DNA of 61,968 nt, counting the filler, from Chiloscyllium plagiosum (taxonomy: Eukaryota): assembly GCF_004010195.1 (NCBI RefSeq). It is 5 parts of one record of this genome, joined end to end, with 100 filler letters (N's around TTAATTAATTAA, not from the genome) between each part and the next. Parts side by side here need not be neighbours in the genome. Positions count along the whole stretch, not along the records: positions 14,925 to 37,329 come from NC_057711.1; 4 more parts are not named here. One strand, 5' to 3'. The notes beneath the pieces are model-generated. The model did not search any database and was not told the DNA's origin. It saw only the letters and a list, made by a program, of their open reading frames with translations. Both the position numbers and the translations under genes were made by a program. Position 1 is the first letter of the stretch. Each line of letters opens with the position of its first letter. This document shows, one piece after another, positions 23,131 through 37,429 of the stretch.

Positions 23131-24239
23131 GGAGTACTGCATTACATCATGAGTGAATAGTGCTGTCTCGTCTAGTCAAAATCTTCAATTTTGCAAAGTT
23201 TGACTGAGGCATAAAAGATTCCCTAGCATAATATTGAAGTACAGGGAAGGTTATCCTTGGTAACATGATCAATATTTATCCCTCAGTCAACAATGTAAAT
23301 ACAGATTATCTGATTATTGTCACATTGCTATTAGTGGAACTTGCTCTGGGCAAATTGGCTGTTGTCATATAAATATATCTTTTTTACTTTTACTTTAAAT
23401 TTCTTTAAAATTCAAGGTGACTCTTCCTAACAGCATTGGTATTGAATATAAACCTTGCACATATTACAGTATATAGAGTATTAAAAAAAGAAGTTAATAG
23501 TCAGATACTAAATTTCTTACCAAATAAAACTGAAAGAACTGTGGATGCTGGATATCAAAAACAAAGATAGAAACTGCTATACAGGAGAGTTCTGAGAAAA
23601 GGTCACTGTGGACCTGAAGTGTTAACTCTGATCTCTCTCCGTAGGTGCTCTCAGACTTGCTGAGCTTTTCCATGCAATTTCTGTTTTTGATACAACATTT
23701 GTGCATCATTTTGATGCCCAGGGCAAAATACATTAATTAGTGGTGTCTGAATCAAAGGCAAGCAGTTAAACCATTTTGTTCTAATGGTCTCTAAAACAGT
23801 TTGCTGCCAAAGTTCTGAGCCTGAACCATTTTCAATGAGGGCAGCTTTGGGGTTGGATTACTGCCCACTGCTTCCAGTATATAACCATTTTCAGGGTGAT
23901 CTACTACCCCATATTTAAGAAATTAATGATAGTTTGACCATTGTCCTCCAACTCTTTGGGCGTGACTTTTCTCCCTTATTTTTAGAACAGTCTATAGGAG
24001 ACTGAATCCCAAGTTCCCAATTGCTTTTTTTTTGGTGAGCATTTTCACTGTTGGTTTAGGCCAATGGGCAAAGTTATGATCTCAACCCATATGCCACTAG
24101 TTTAAAATACATACTCTAGATGTACAATATATTTGTTATTTAAAATTGCACACCTTTCATCACTGTGCAATGCAGCTTACAACTCCACAGCAGATGAACT
24201 CCAATGCAGAGTTGCAATATTATTGACACACAGCACACA

Positions 24240-26402
24240 GAGTCATAGAATCGGAGCGAAGTATAGCATGGAAGTAGACTCTTCAGTTCAACTCATCCAT
24301 GCTGACCAGATATCCTAAATAAATCTAGATTATTTGCCAGGATTTGACCCATATCCCTCTAAACCTTTCCTATTCATATACCCATCCAGATGCCTTTTGA
24401 GATTGTACCAGCCTCCACCACTTCCTCCAGCAGCTCATTCCATGCACGCACCATTTCCTGCATGAAAGCATTGCCCATTTGGTCACTTCTAAATCTTTCC
24501 CTTTTCACCTTAAACTACTGCCTCACAGTACCAGGGAGCCGGGTTCAATTCAACCCTTGGGTGACTGTCTCTGTGGAGTTTGCACATTCTTCCCGTGTCA
24601 GCGTGGGTTTCCTCCAGGTGCTCGAGTTTCCTCCCACAGTCCAAAGATGTGCAGTTAGGTGATTTATTCAAGCTGAATTGTCCCATAGTGTACATTGATG
24701 CACAGGCTAGGCAGATGAGCCATGGAAAATGCAGGGTTACAGGGGTGGGGGTGATTCTGGATGGGATATTCTTTGGGGGGGGGGGTCGATGTGGACTTGA
24801 TGGGCTGAATGGCTTTCTTCCATACTATAAGGATGCTATGATTCTATGATCTATGCCTCTAGTTTTGAACTCCCCTATCCTGGATAAAGACCTTGTCTAT
24901 CTACCCTATCCATGCCCCTCATGATTTTATAAACCTCTATAAGGTCACCCCTCAGCCTCTGGCACTCCAGGGAAAATAGCTCCAGTCTATTCAGTCTCTC
25001 CCTATAGTTCGAATCCTCCAACCCTGACAATTTCCATGGAAATCTTTTCTGAACCCTTTCAAGTTTCACAATATCCTTTCTATAGCAGGGAGACCAGAAT
25101 TGCACACAATCTTCCAAAAGTGGCTCAACCAAGGTCCTGTCGAGCCATATAACCTCCTAACTTCTATACTCAATGCACTGACCAATAAAGGAAAGTTTAT
25201 CAAATGCCTTCTTCATTATCCTGTCTACCTGTGACTCCACTTTCAAGGAACTATGAACCTGCACTCCAAGGTCTCTTTATTCAACAACACTCCCCAGGAC
25301 CTTACCATTAAGTGTAGAAGTCTGCCTTGATTTGCCTTTTGAAAATGCAACACCTCACGTTTATCTAAATTAAACTTCTATCCTCGGCCCATTGGCCAAT
25401 CTGATCAAGATCCCTTTATACTCTGAGGTAATCTTCTTCACTGTGTGCTACACCTCCAATTTTGGTTTTATCTGCAAACTAACTTCACATCCAAATCATT
25501 TATATAAATGACAAAGAGCAGTGGACCTAGCAATGATTCTTGTGGCAGACTGCTGGCCACAGGCCTCCAGCCTGAAAAGCAACACATCACCACTACCCTT
25601 TCTTTCTACCTTTGAGCCAGTTCTGTATCCAAATGGCTAGATCTTCTTGCCAACATTGCAAACCAGTCTATCATGAGGAACCTTGTTGAATGTCTTACTG
25701 AAGTCGATATGGATCATGTCCGCTGTTCTGCCCTTGTGAATCTTCTTTGTTACTTTTTCAAAAAACTCAATCAAGTTTGTGACACATGATTTCCCTCACA
25801 CAAAGCCATGTTGACTATCCCTAATCAGTCCTTGTCCTTCCAAATACACATGGATTCTGTCCCTCAGGATTCCAACCAACAACTTGCCCACCATCAATAT
25901 CAGGCTCACCGGTCTATAGTTCCCTGCCTTTTCCTTACCACTTTTCTTAAATAGTGGCACCACATTAGCCAGCATTCTGGCGCCTCACCTGTGGCTATTA
26001 ATGATACAAATATCTCAGCAAGGGGCCCAGCAATCATTTCCCTAGCTTCTGACAGAGTTCTAGAGTACACCTGGTCAGGTCCTGGGGATTTATCCATTTC
26101 TATGTATTTTAAGGTGTCCAGTACTTCCTCCTTTGTAATACGGACATTTTTCAAGATGCTGCTACTTATTTCCCCACATTCTAAATCTTCCATATCCTTC
26201 TCCACAGTAAATACTGATGAAAATACTCATTTATTATCTACCCCATCTTCTACAGTTCCACACATAGGATGCCTTGCTGACCTTTGAGAGTCCATATTCT
26301 CTCCCTAGTTATCCTTTCATCCTTAATATATTTATAAAATCCCTTTGGATTCTCCTTAACCCTATTTGCCAACGCTATCTCAAGTTCCTTTTTGCCCTTC
26401 TA
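24240..26402 (-). mobile_element. CR1 LINE (RT through 3' tail) with a nested tRNA-SINE at about 24515-24852 (plus)
   Basis: Encodes DKSPGPDQVY.R.L.E, CVQFWSPCYRKDIVKLERVQKRF and LRGDLIEVYKIMRG. Confidence 0.9.
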
Positions 26403-27183
26403 ATTTGCTCAACTTCTTTTGGTGAGTCCAATACACCCAGAAGTAGCATGGTGTTCTTATGATTATTATTTTCAATGGTATTATGATCGTAAGTGCTTGA
26501 AGTCTGCCTGATGTTTCATAATTTATCAGGAATATAACAGCAAAAAGCAGTAACACTTGGATTTAGTGGTACTTCTTGAAACTGGAGCTTTATGTCAAGT
26601 TATACTAGACAATTCAGATTTAATTTCTGGATTTTATCATTTCTTTACCATTTAACCGAGGCCTGGAGTTTCAGTGAGGTGTCCAACTGCAAATGAAGTC
26701 TAGTTCTAAATACTATACCCACAGAGCTTGCTGTAAAGCCTGCTGAAGTTTGGAAATCTTTAGCCAATTAAAGACCAGAGAACAGGCTTATTGTCCAATC
26801 AAGGGACATTGGCCGAGATCCCAAAGCTGGAGGGTTAGAGGGTGTACCGTCTGTTATAAATATACCTTGAATTTGAAAGAGAGAATTGATTTTTAAGGAC
26901 TCAGGGTGGTTATGGTAGGGGATTTCAACTTTCTAAACATAGACTGGGACTGCTATAGTGTTAAGAGCTTGAATGGAGTGAAATTTATTAAATGTGTACA
27001 AGAAAAATTTCTGATGCATTATGTGGATGTACCTACTAGAGAAGGTGTTAAACTTGACCTACTCTTGGGAAACATCAGGCAGACTTCAAGCACTCACGAT
27101 CACAATACCATTGAAAATAATAATCATGAGAAAACTATGATACTTCTGGGTGTATTGGACTCACCAAAAGAAGTCGAGCAAAT
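26403..27183. repeat. About 115-bp inverted duplication enclosing an inverted CR1 endonuclease fragment
   Basis: 26403-26517 is the near-perfect reverse complement of about 27069-27183. 26904-27071 encodes VMVGDFNFLNIDWD...PTREG.KLDLLLG on plus. Confidence 0.85.
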
Positions 27184-28214
27184 AGTAAGATGAACTTCTG
27201 TACTGATATTATCAGAGATTATTCATACAGGAATGTAAGAGTTTACACATTCTAGCTCTTGAGGAGTTTTTAAAACACAAGCAATTATTTAACAGAGCAG
27301 CCATAAAGATAGTGGCATCTTATGAGTTTCTAAGAATTATGTTGTCAGTAAAATGGTTTCATTATTGATGATGTAGTGCCAGTAAAGAAGATATTTACTG
27401 TAAAATTAACTTCAGTATTGCAATCCTGTGCAGTGCTAACCCATGCAGTTAACACTACCAACCTCTTCCCTTTCCCACCAATTCATTTGCCACTCTCCTC
27501 CTTGTCCCCCAATTTACCTAGGCACTATTGCCCTCGTCTATCCTGACACTGTCTACTCCCCAATTTACCCTGGCACACATCTCTCCCCAGTTCACATAAT
27601 CACTCTTCTCCTTCACCCCCTTCAGTTTGCACTGGCACTCCCCCACCCACAACCTCTCCTCCCCAGGAGCCAGCATTTGTTCTCTATCCCTAGGTGCCTT
27701 TGTGAATGTGGCAATGAGCTGCCATCTTGAACCGCTGCAGTGTATTTGGTGTTAGCAAACCCTCAATGCTGTATGAGAGGGAATTCTAGTCAGTGACAGT
27801 GAAGGAACAGCAATATATTTTCAATTTGGGATAGTGAGTGGGTTGGAGGGGAAGTTGCAATGGTGGGGTTCCCATGTATCTGCTGTACTTGTGCTTCTGG
27901 ATGGATGTTGTCAATGATACTTGGAAGATACTGTGTAATGAGTCTCAGGGAATTTCTATAGTGTATGTTCAAGATGGTACACATTGCTATTGCTTCTGCT
28001 GAGTGTTGGATATTGAGGAAATGGACATTTTGGAAAAGATCCCAAAGTGGGCTGTTTTGTCCTTGAGGGCTGTTAAGCCCCTTGGGTGTTGTTGGAGTTG
28101 CACTCCTCCAGGCAAATCGCAAGTATTCCATCATGTTCCCGATTTGTGTCTTGTAGATGGTGGACAACTTTGGGGCATGAGGAGGTGAGCTACTCACTCC
28201 AGGAGTATGCTCCA

Positions 28215-28303
28215 CAAACACCTGATGAAGGAGCAGTGCTCTGAAAACTAATGCTTCCAAATAAACGTGTGGACTATAACCTGGTGTTGTGTGATTTTTA
28301 ACT
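28215..28303 (+). mobile_element. Short Penelope terminal-repeat fragment with a hammerhead-like core
   Basis: CUGAUGA-AGGAGC-AGU-GCUC-UGAAA at 28222. Same sequence as the arms of 53710-54161. Confidence 0.65.
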
Positions 28304-30039
28304 AATTAGCCATGCTTGCCAAGTCCTCCATCAATCATAACGACAGTGGAAATGCATATATCTCAGGCCCCGGTTAATAGACAATCAGATACTAATAGTT
28401 GTGCCCTCTATTGCAAAGCTGCCTGCAGTATCGTATGTCCCACAGTGCACCCAGCCAGTGACTACACCTGACAGCTACAGCCTCGAGCCTACATATGAAA
28501 TTCCTTTCCTGTTCTTTCCAATGTTTTTTGTCAATGTTTTATAATCACTGCACCTTTCGGCTTTGGCAAAGACATGAGTTGAGGTTATTTTTAAAGATTT
28601 GTCCTGCAACCACTATGATCTCTTAGAATTAATTTCACCCCTTTAAAATTCAATCAAGCTTCATAATTACTTTAACCAGCACTGTTCCCTGTTCTCACTC
28701 AGTCTCTTACTGGATCTGTGGATGATCCTTCTGTAACACTTGATCTGTGAAATGAGATTACTGTTTACCACATGGCTAGGATTAGCACCAGTTCCTAGAT
28801 CTATAGATGTAATTCACTTTAGGAAAACCAACCTTGGGAAGTCAGCTGATGACATGTTTTACTAGCTGTTCAACCAACTGAGATTGATTAATGCAACTGA
28901 CTGGAGCTGAATGAGTCACTGGTTAGACATTACATCCAGGCTTCAAGGTAACCTTAGTGTCATTACCTTCACTCTGGTATTTTTTTCAATTCCTTGAATG
29001 AATCATGCGATTCGCAAAGGATCCATTGTTTCAACACACACTGTATAGATATTACTATTCATCAATAACTTCACTCATATCACAATGTGTGATCTTTTTA
29101 GATGTTTAGATTTCACAAAAAGACACTGTTGGGAGAGTGCATTGAAGTGTCCAGTGAAGAGTTCCTCTTTCTTGTGGTGCACAAAGAAACTTAAGTTAGG
29201 AAACAGTGTCACCACTTCAAGGTTTGGACTGACAAGAATATTTTTACTGCTACCCTGCCTAGGCTTTCAACTAAAATGTAACTTTGACTTCTAATAGGTA
29301 CTTAAGAGTGCACTGGGTACTCAATACAACATGTGAACATCCATGACAGGAAAGCATTTGGTTCAGAGAGGCTAAATTGCTGGCATTACTTTAATTGTTC
29401 CCTCAACCAGTTTCAACCAGGCAGAAAGAGTTAAAATCACTTCCATACTGTTGAAACTTAGAAAGTCACATTTCAGAAGGTGAATCTTCTGAGCCCCTGA
29501 ACAAAGTGGGCATTGGTGAGTAAGCAAGAAGAGTTATGTGAGATGGCTGGTGAGGAGATTCCCATTGTCAAGAGCAAAACATACCATTTTGCAATCAAAT
29601 GTTGAATGGTGAGAAAAGATTCTTTCCAGTGAACAGTGAAATATGTAATTATTTATATTAGCCTGCAGTAACATCCTCATTTTACATCATCTCCTACCCA
29701 TTGGATAGAAACTAGATGTCAATAATTCCCAACGTAAATGTTACAGCATCAATGCCCTGCTCAGCATTTGCTGAATACTGTGAGTGAGGCGGATAGGAGC
29801 ATTGTGCACACTTAATTAGGCAAATTTAGGAAGATAGTGCAAGAAATTTTGCTTGGCCTCACGTAGAGAAACTCCCCATGAAACACTCCACAAATGAGAC
29901 GTATGAGACTCAGTATTAGGCTGTGTCCCTAGTTACAGACTCCTGTAAGGAGAAACTCTTTCTGCAATGACACTACCTAGGCATTTAATAATTTTAAATT
30001 TCAATAACATGACCACTCATTTTTGTAAGCTCTAGGAAA

Positions 30040-31340
30040 TAACCTCCTCATTCTCCCCTTAATTATAGTCCTGCCATTCAAGGGATCAGCTCCACTGCAC
30101 TCCCTTCCTTAGGCAAGGAGACCAGAACTGCACAGGTATGGTCTCATCACTGTTCTATGCAATTGAAGAAAGATACGTTTTCTCTGTATTCAAATACCAT
30201 TGTGTTGACAATCAACATATCAAATTGGTTTCCAAACTGTTTATACTGTCCCTATGTGTTGGTTTTCAGTGACTAATGAGCAAGAACACCCATGTCCCTT
30301 TTGACATAAATACTTCTCTATTTTTATGAAATATGCTGCACCTTCATTCTTCCTCCTAAATTGGTTAACCTTACAACATCCAATCATATTACATCTTCCA
30401 TTTTCATATCCACTCAGATTATCAGATTGGCCGTGATTTTATTGAATGGCAGAGCTGACTCAATAGCATAAATGGCCTAATTCTGCTCCTATGTGTTATG
30501 ATCTTATGGCTTCTTTGCATCCTATTTATGACTAGCATTTCCATCTAGTTTTGTTTTAGGAGTATGAAATGATAGATGGGTTAACATTTTGAGGGAGAAA
30601 TATTAATGAGATTAACATTTCTGAAAATGGATACACTACCAGGCATGGATGAATTTACCCCATATTATATGCAGAAGCAAGAGTAAATGCAATGGAGGTC
30701 ATTGAAAGATCATTTTCTGATTACCTATGGCTTTTGATGTTGTGCTGGAGGCCTAGTGGATAATTAATATTGAACCATTGTTTAAAAGAGGAAGAAAGAG
30801 ATAACAGAAGTTTTACAAATCAGTCAACATAACCTCAATGGTGGGCAAATGATGAAAAACATTTCTGTGACACAGTTTCAATCACCATTTAGAAAGGCTA
30901 CACTAATCATGGACACTCCCTATGGATTTGTCAAGGGAAGGTTACGTTAGAATAATTTTGTTGCAATCTTTGAGGAGGTCAGAAGGAGGATCAATAAAGA
31001 ACACACATTTGATGTATTCTACAGAGATTTTAATATGACTTTTGACAAGATATTATATGGTACACTGTTCAGAAAAAGACCCAGGTGATGCAAAAGCGAG
31101 TGGCCAGTTGGGTCCTAAATTAGTTCTGTGGCAGGAAGCAAAGGATAATATTTGATGACAGTTTTTATGACTGGAAAGCTGATTCCAGTTCCACAGAACT
31201 CAATACTTGGGTTGTTAGTTTTTTTTTATATTCTATAACAATAAATTTAAATCTAAATGAAGAGGACAATGATTACAAGCTTTGCAGATGAATTTAAATT
31301 TTGTCAATTGGCTGGTAATGGGGAAGAAAGCTTTTATCAG
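30040..31340. mobile_element. Old degraded CR1 fragments (minus 30040-30400, plus 30600-31340)
   Basis: Remnant GAGACCAGAACTGCACA, and GFVKGR..-, DF..AFDK- and KFAD-like stretches. Confidence 0.55.
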
Positions 31341-32193
31341 TGGGAAAATATCAGTTGCTCTTCCTCATTGTTCAATGGTCATGAGTACCTGAAATAGTTA
31401 CCTGATGTTATAAAATGGTTATAAAAACTTCTTTTTGGTTAAGATAACTGGAGACTATACCTGTATTCCAGTAATTATTCTAGTGCTAATTACATATAGC
31501 TGCAACAGTGTGTGTTTGCTCATAAGCCTGATCTCAAACAAGAGATTCAGATGTAATGTAATTAGCGATTAAGCACTATGTAACAAACCTACTCTGTTCA
31601 CCAAAATTTAATGTATCTTCTGCTGAAGACTTTTGTGTGGCATCATTCCCCAGATGGTATGTGTAGCCCAGACAAATAGCAACAGATGGGTTGGCAATAA
31701 AGAATTTTCCCAAAGCATCACAAATGTCTCCACTGGACATGACCAGAACATATACCATGCTGACAGCAAGCCAGATTTTACAGTGTGTACACTTCCACAC
31801 CAACCCCCTCTATGCTGGGAGCATATCCACCAGTTATTTCCTTCACTGACCGTGTTCCAATTTATGCAGTCAGTGGGAAGGCACTACTATAGCATTGTAT
31901 GACCTAGTTCAAGATCTAATTCATGTTCATCTCTAGCTTCTGCTTGACCATGCAATTGAAACTCTGCCCTTTGATGCCTTTTGTTGGGGATGGTATGTCA
32001 TTGGGCAGTTGCCCAAGCCCTCTAACTGATGTTACCCACGGCTATAATACTCAGACTTGTTTTATTGAACATTCACTTTTTAAATGGATTAAAAGTCATG
32101 ATTACACACTCACTACCCAGCCTTGCCCCAGACGAAATTTAACACTGCATCGAGCTCATAATATGAAATAGCAGAACATGCAAATATTTACAC

Positions 32194-33217
32194 TGTTACA
32201 ACCAGACCTTGAGCAAAGGTTATAGTTCCAGAATGGATGCCCCAAACTGTTAAGCTCCTGGGTTTGGAAAGATGAACTGGCTCCCTTTCGTTATTCATAT
32301 AGTCCCTCAGTTGGTTTCAAAAATATTCATTTAAGAAAGATCCATATCCTTATGGATGCCTTTCTATAAGACTCAAATGAGCTTATTTTTAAAAGGGTGC
32401 CAATTTAACAAGACTTTACTGAATGAACAAAAATAGGTGAGATTATTAATAACAGAATGCAAGAAGAACTGGCAACACAACACACCTACAACCCAATACA
32501 CATACACATAGTGTAGAAATAGAAGGTTTGTTCAAAAAGATAAAAGTTAAAAAAAAAACACATAACTGGATCAGTCTTTGAATTGCTTACAAAGAGGCAG
32601 ATAGTTGAATGTTATGGTTGTTGTGATGGAGGTTACTGGTTGAGTTGATGTTGGTATTGAACTTCGTCTCCATGATCTTACTTTTGTAGATTTGTTGAGA
32701 TTCCGTTGTTTTGATATCGTTTGATCATGACTGAATATCAGCATTCAGGACGAGAGAGAGCCCCTAATTGTTCTGTTTCCTCTCCAACTGTCTTGCAGAA
32801 CATGGAGGTAGAAAGGGTCATTACCTGCAACACAAGGGTAACAAATAGTTCTTCAACTGTACCTTCATGGCACACTAAAAGCTCAAATTCAGCCTGGTAT
32901 GCATGAGCGTGTAAGTACCACTAGACCCCTACTGTAGAGTTTAAAATAGCTTTTTAAATTCCATTTACTTATAAATCTGGAGGGTAAAACAGACATGTCT
33001 GCAAGAGATGATTTCCTGCTGAGAGGGGAGAGATAGTCAGCATCCATCGATCTCTCTTCCTGCTAAGATTCCCCCTATATGAACATTCTCTGCCAAACTG
33101 TATGTGCAACATTTCATGTTCTTCACACAGGACTTTGCCAGACAGTCGCCAAATCTAAATCAGCCACCAACTTTCATTTTATCAGCTCTCTTTTAGAAAA
33201 GGACAATTTCAATTACA
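32194..33217 (-). mobile_element. Possible degraded solo LTR
   Basis: Begins TGTTACA and ends TTTTAGAAAAGGACAATTTCAATTACA, resembling the ends of 789-1428. No clear TSD. Confidence 0.35.
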
Positions 33218-33779
33218 TGGTCAGGCAGAAGTGAGAGATGAACATAAATTAGAGCTTGAACTAGGTTATACAAAGCTATAGTAGTGCCTTCCCAGTGATT
33301 GCATGAATTGGAGCTCAGCCAGTGATGGAGAGAACTAGCGAACATGCTACCAGCAGAAATATGGATTTAAAATGTCCACAGTACTTTGGTGTTCTGATTC
33401 ATCTTCACAACAATAGATCGAAATTAGTGTATTGATAGTTATAAATAATTTTTAACTTCCAGATCGAATCTGGTTATCATAATTCATAAAACTGCCACAT
33501 CCAACACTGTCCTGACCAAGAACCTCCTGCAGAAGTCTAGCTACATTTTCCATTACGACACTACAGTGCAGTAAGAGAGATTTGATCTGGGCAGAGCGGT
33601 ATTGCCAGTGTGGCACCAGAATGTTCACTTCAGAAGCAGTGGGTAAACAGCTTTGAGCTCCCTGGACATTTTGTAAATTAGACAAAAGAAGCATGAGTGG
33701 GTGAAGTCAGGCTCACATAGATCCAGGGTATGGGTTTTGCCTACAGTTGTTTTTTTGAGCTGGCTGTTATACTGTCAAA

Positions 33780-34447
33780 GAGTCATAGAGATATACAACA
33801 CAGAAACAGACCTTTTGGTCTCACTCATCCATGCTGACCAGATACTCCGACAGAAATCTAATTCCATTTGCCAGCATTTGGCCCATATCCCTCCAAACCC
33901 TTCCTATTCATATACCCATCCAGATGCCTTTTAAATGTTGAAATTGTACCCATTTTCACTACTTCCTCTGGCAGTTCATTCCATACATGTACTATACACA
34001 TATCTGCATGAAAAAGTTACCGCTTTGCTCCCTTTTATATCTTTCCCCTCTCACCTTAAACTATACCCTTTAGTTTTGAACTCGTCCAGCCTGGGGAAAA
34101 GGTCTATCCATGTCCGTCATGATTTTACAAACCTCTAAAGGTCACCCCTCAGGCTTCCAATGCTCCAGGGAAAGTAGCCCCAACCTATTCAGCCTTTCCC
34201 TATAGCTCAAATTCTCCAAACCTGGCAACATTCTTTTAAATCTCTTCTGAACCCTTCCAAGTTTCACAACGTCCTTCTTATAGGAAGGAGACCAGAATTG
34301 CACGCAATACTCCAAATGGCCTAACCAATATCCTGTAGAGCCGTAACATGATCTCTCAACTCCTATACTCAATGCATTGACCAATAAAGCGCAAGCATAC
34401 CAAATACCTTCTTCACTATCCTATCGATCTGCAACTCTACTTTGAAG
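33780..34447 (-). mobile_element. CR1 3' fragment inserted into an LTR remnant that ends near 34847 (plus)
   Basis: Encodes HLEYCVQFWSPSYKKDVVKLGRVQKRF. The downstream flank resembles the reverse complement of the LTR start at 789. Confidence 0.8.
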
Positions 34448-34857
34448 CTGATAGATACATCTCTCTCTGCTGCTAGATTATTTCTTTCAGTGTTCCTTTC
34501 TCCTGGACTGGAGAAGAAATAGCAGGTGAGGAAAATCTATTTTGCTGAATTTGCCTTTGCCAAGGGTGTGTTTATGGGATGCTGCCATATTGGAACAGTT
34601 AATGATTAGAAGTTAAATAATATATTATTTCATTAAGTATTTCATATTTATTTATATATTTATTAAGTAGTTAAAATTATGCCAATTGTTCTTTTTTCGA
34701 TTATATTTTAACTGTGTTGTAAGAATTGTTTAAAGCCTAGAGGTGGACTAATCACATCTTATACTTGACTTTAAACAAAATAAAAAAATTAGGGTCCAGG
34801 TTATCCACTTGATATATCTTGAGGGAGTTTGTTTTGGTCTTTAACACATTTGTAGTT

Positions 34858-35207
34858 GAACATAGAATTTCTATAGTACAGAAAGAGGCATTTCGATCCA
34901 TCGAGTCTGGAGCAACCCTACAAAGAGCATCTCAACCAGACCATGGCCCCCACCCTATCCCTGTAATTCTGCATTTACCATGGCTAATCCAACCAGCCTG
35001 CACATTTCCGGACTCTACAGGGCAATTAAACATGGTCAATCCACTAACCCACACACCTTTGGACAGTGGGAAGAAACTGGAGCACCAGGTGTAAACCCAC
35101 AGAGACGTAAGGAGAAGATGAAAACTACAAACAGGCAGTAACCCAAAGCTGGAATCAAACCCGGGTCTCTGGCGCTGTGAGGCAGCATCACTGACTACTG
35201 TGCCATT
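34858..35207 (-). mobile_element. tRNA-derived SINE
   Basis: Reverse complement of the GCCTCACAGCGCCAGAGACCCGGGTTTGATTCC head, with SINE body. Confidence 0.8.
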
Positions 35208-35459
35208 ATGCAAATCGAGAGCAGCTGGCTTTATTTCTCAAATTATCCCTAGTTTTAAAACATCACTTAAACGTCACAGCATGCACCATTGCTCTAAACT
35301 TTTTAAAAGACAACAAGTGGCTTCATTCAATGGTGTAAATTTAAAAGGTCATTAAAATAATATTTTCCAATTGTCTCAACTGCTGTAGGGGTAGATATAA
35401 TCTCCTGACCACAACTCAATGCTGTCACTGAAGTCCCTTATTTGCCCAGAATATTGCTT

Positions 35460-36030
35460 GATTTAACCACCTTAGTTCATTTGGTGCTGAAATCTTTGTG
35501 CCTTTGCTAGCTTGGAACTTGACTATTCTTATGCACTTTTGGCTAAATTCCCACATTATACTCTCTGTCAGCTGTAGTACCCCAAACTCAGACTTACATA
35601 TCCTTACTCAGGCAATCCTGTCCATTTATTATCCCTGCATTCATTGGCTTACATAGGAACCCAATTAAGCAATGCTTTGATTTTAAATGCTTGCTTTTTA
35701 TTCCTTCCATATCCTTCTCTTTGCCATCTCTATAATCTCCTCCAGCCTCACAATTTGGATATTTATTTAATTCTGTCTTCTTCAGGATACCCAGTTTTAA
35801 CTGCCCCACCGTTGGTGGCTGTGCCTTCAACTGCTGAGGCACTAAGATCTGAAATCCTACCCTTGATTCTTTCATATCTTTACATGTTTTTCCTCCTTTC
35901 ATCGACTTTTTAAAAGCTACAGCTTTGAACAAATTCCTCCCTACCTACCCTAACGCACAATTATGTGTCTCAATGTCTAATTTTGTTTATAACATTTCTG
36001 TGAAGCACTTTGAGCTGTTTTATTGTATTA
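35460..36030 (+). mobile_element. L2 LINE 3' fragment
   Basis: L2-type C-terminal remnants (LHWL...DFK.L....L..L..YL.NLLQP) and a GTGAAGCACTTTG..TATT tail. Similar pieces lie near 16000-16250 and 50400-51100 (minus). Confidence 0.55.
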
Positions 36031-36568
36031 AACATTTTAAATCAAGATAAGTTGTGGTTATATGCAAGGCTTTTAACTTATTTTATTTTGCCACTGTCAT
36101 GTATACAGGAAAGATTCAATAGACGAATATCTTCAACAACTAAGTCGCAGCTCTTCACTGGTACACTGACAAGACTTTTTAAGCGGAATAGAGGGTTCAC
36201 AATTGTTATTAGCAACATGCTCATGAGCATAGGACATATTCACACATAAGTGCAGTGACAGTTGGAAGTGCAGTAAGGAGGTGCTCAATGTGAATGGAAG
36301 ATAATCTCCCTGACTTATTTATAAAACTCAGCAGAAATCTAAGAGCTCACAAAGTTGCTAGACATCAGCAATGTGATTTTTATTAATTCAGCACACAAGG
36401 GTTTGGCTGCTACTCCTCTCATCTAATCTTTACACAATTTCCACTTTGGGCTCAGCAGATCATTTCTTTAACGAGACTCCTCTGAGGCACATTGGCACTT
36501 ATGTCTGTCTTAAAAGGCAGAATATAGATGCAGTTGTTGAATTTATATGGACCAATAGAAGAGCGGAA

Positions 36569-36830
36569 GGCATGGTGGCTCAGTGGTTAGCACTTATGCT
36601 GCACAGTGCCAGGGACCTGGTTTGATGTTGGCCTTGGGTGACTATTTGTGTAGGTTTCTGCCAGGTGTTCCAGTTTGCTCCCACAGTCCAAAGATGTGCA
36701 GGCTAGGTGGATTCGCCATGGTAAATATGGGGTTAGGTGTTAGGGTTGGGTGTTTGGTCTGGATTGAATGCTCTTTGGAGGGTTAGTGCCAACTTGATGG
36801 GCTGAATGACCTCTTTCAACACTGTGGGAA
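36569..36830 (+). mobile_element. tRNA-derived SINE
   Basis: GGCATGGTGGCTCAGTGGTTAGCAC head. Followed by a minus-strand CR1 3' end at 36830-37090. Confidence 0.8.
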
Positions 36831-37089
36831 TTAGAACATGGAACATAAAACAGTACAGGCCTTTTAGCCCTCAATGTTCTGTTGACCTTTTATCCTAAGA
36901 TCAAACTAACCTATGTACCCTTCATTGTACTATCTTCCATGTGCCTTTCCTAGAGTCGCTTGAATATCCCTGATGTATCTGACTTTACTACCACAGCTGG
37001 CAGTGCATTCCATGTACCCACAACGCTCTGTGTAAAGAACCTACCTCTGACATCTCCCTTAAACTTTCCTCCAATCACCTTAAAACTAC

Positions 37090-37329
37090 CGCCGCATGTG
37101 TCTCCGCCCCCACGCCGATCTCCAAGCCTAACCCCGCCCCCCACCGAGTTCTGTCACCACGCCTAACCCCGCCCCCCCGCCGAGTTCTGTCACCAAGCCT
37201 AACCCCGCCCCCACACCCAGCTCCAGCCCCACAACAGGTCCTCGCTCCCAGCCCTGCCGTGTTTTCACCATCCCTCCAGACCTACCCCTCTCTGAGGATG
37301 AAAGATCAGTCCTCAGCAGAGGCCTCACC
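37090..37329 (+). mobile_element. Penelope-like element 5' coding fragment with a ~35-bp tandem repeat, cut by a spacer
   Basis: Encodes PCRVFTIPPDLPLSEDERSVLSRGLT, the same region as 4010-4085. Contains GCCTAACCCCGCCCCC repeats. Confidence 0.75.
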
Positions 37330-37429
37330 NNNNNNNNNNNNNNNNNNNNNNNNNNNNNNNNNNNNNNNNNNNNTTAATTAATTAANNNNNNNNNNNNNNN
37401 NNNNNNNNNNNNNNNNNNNNNNNNNNNNN

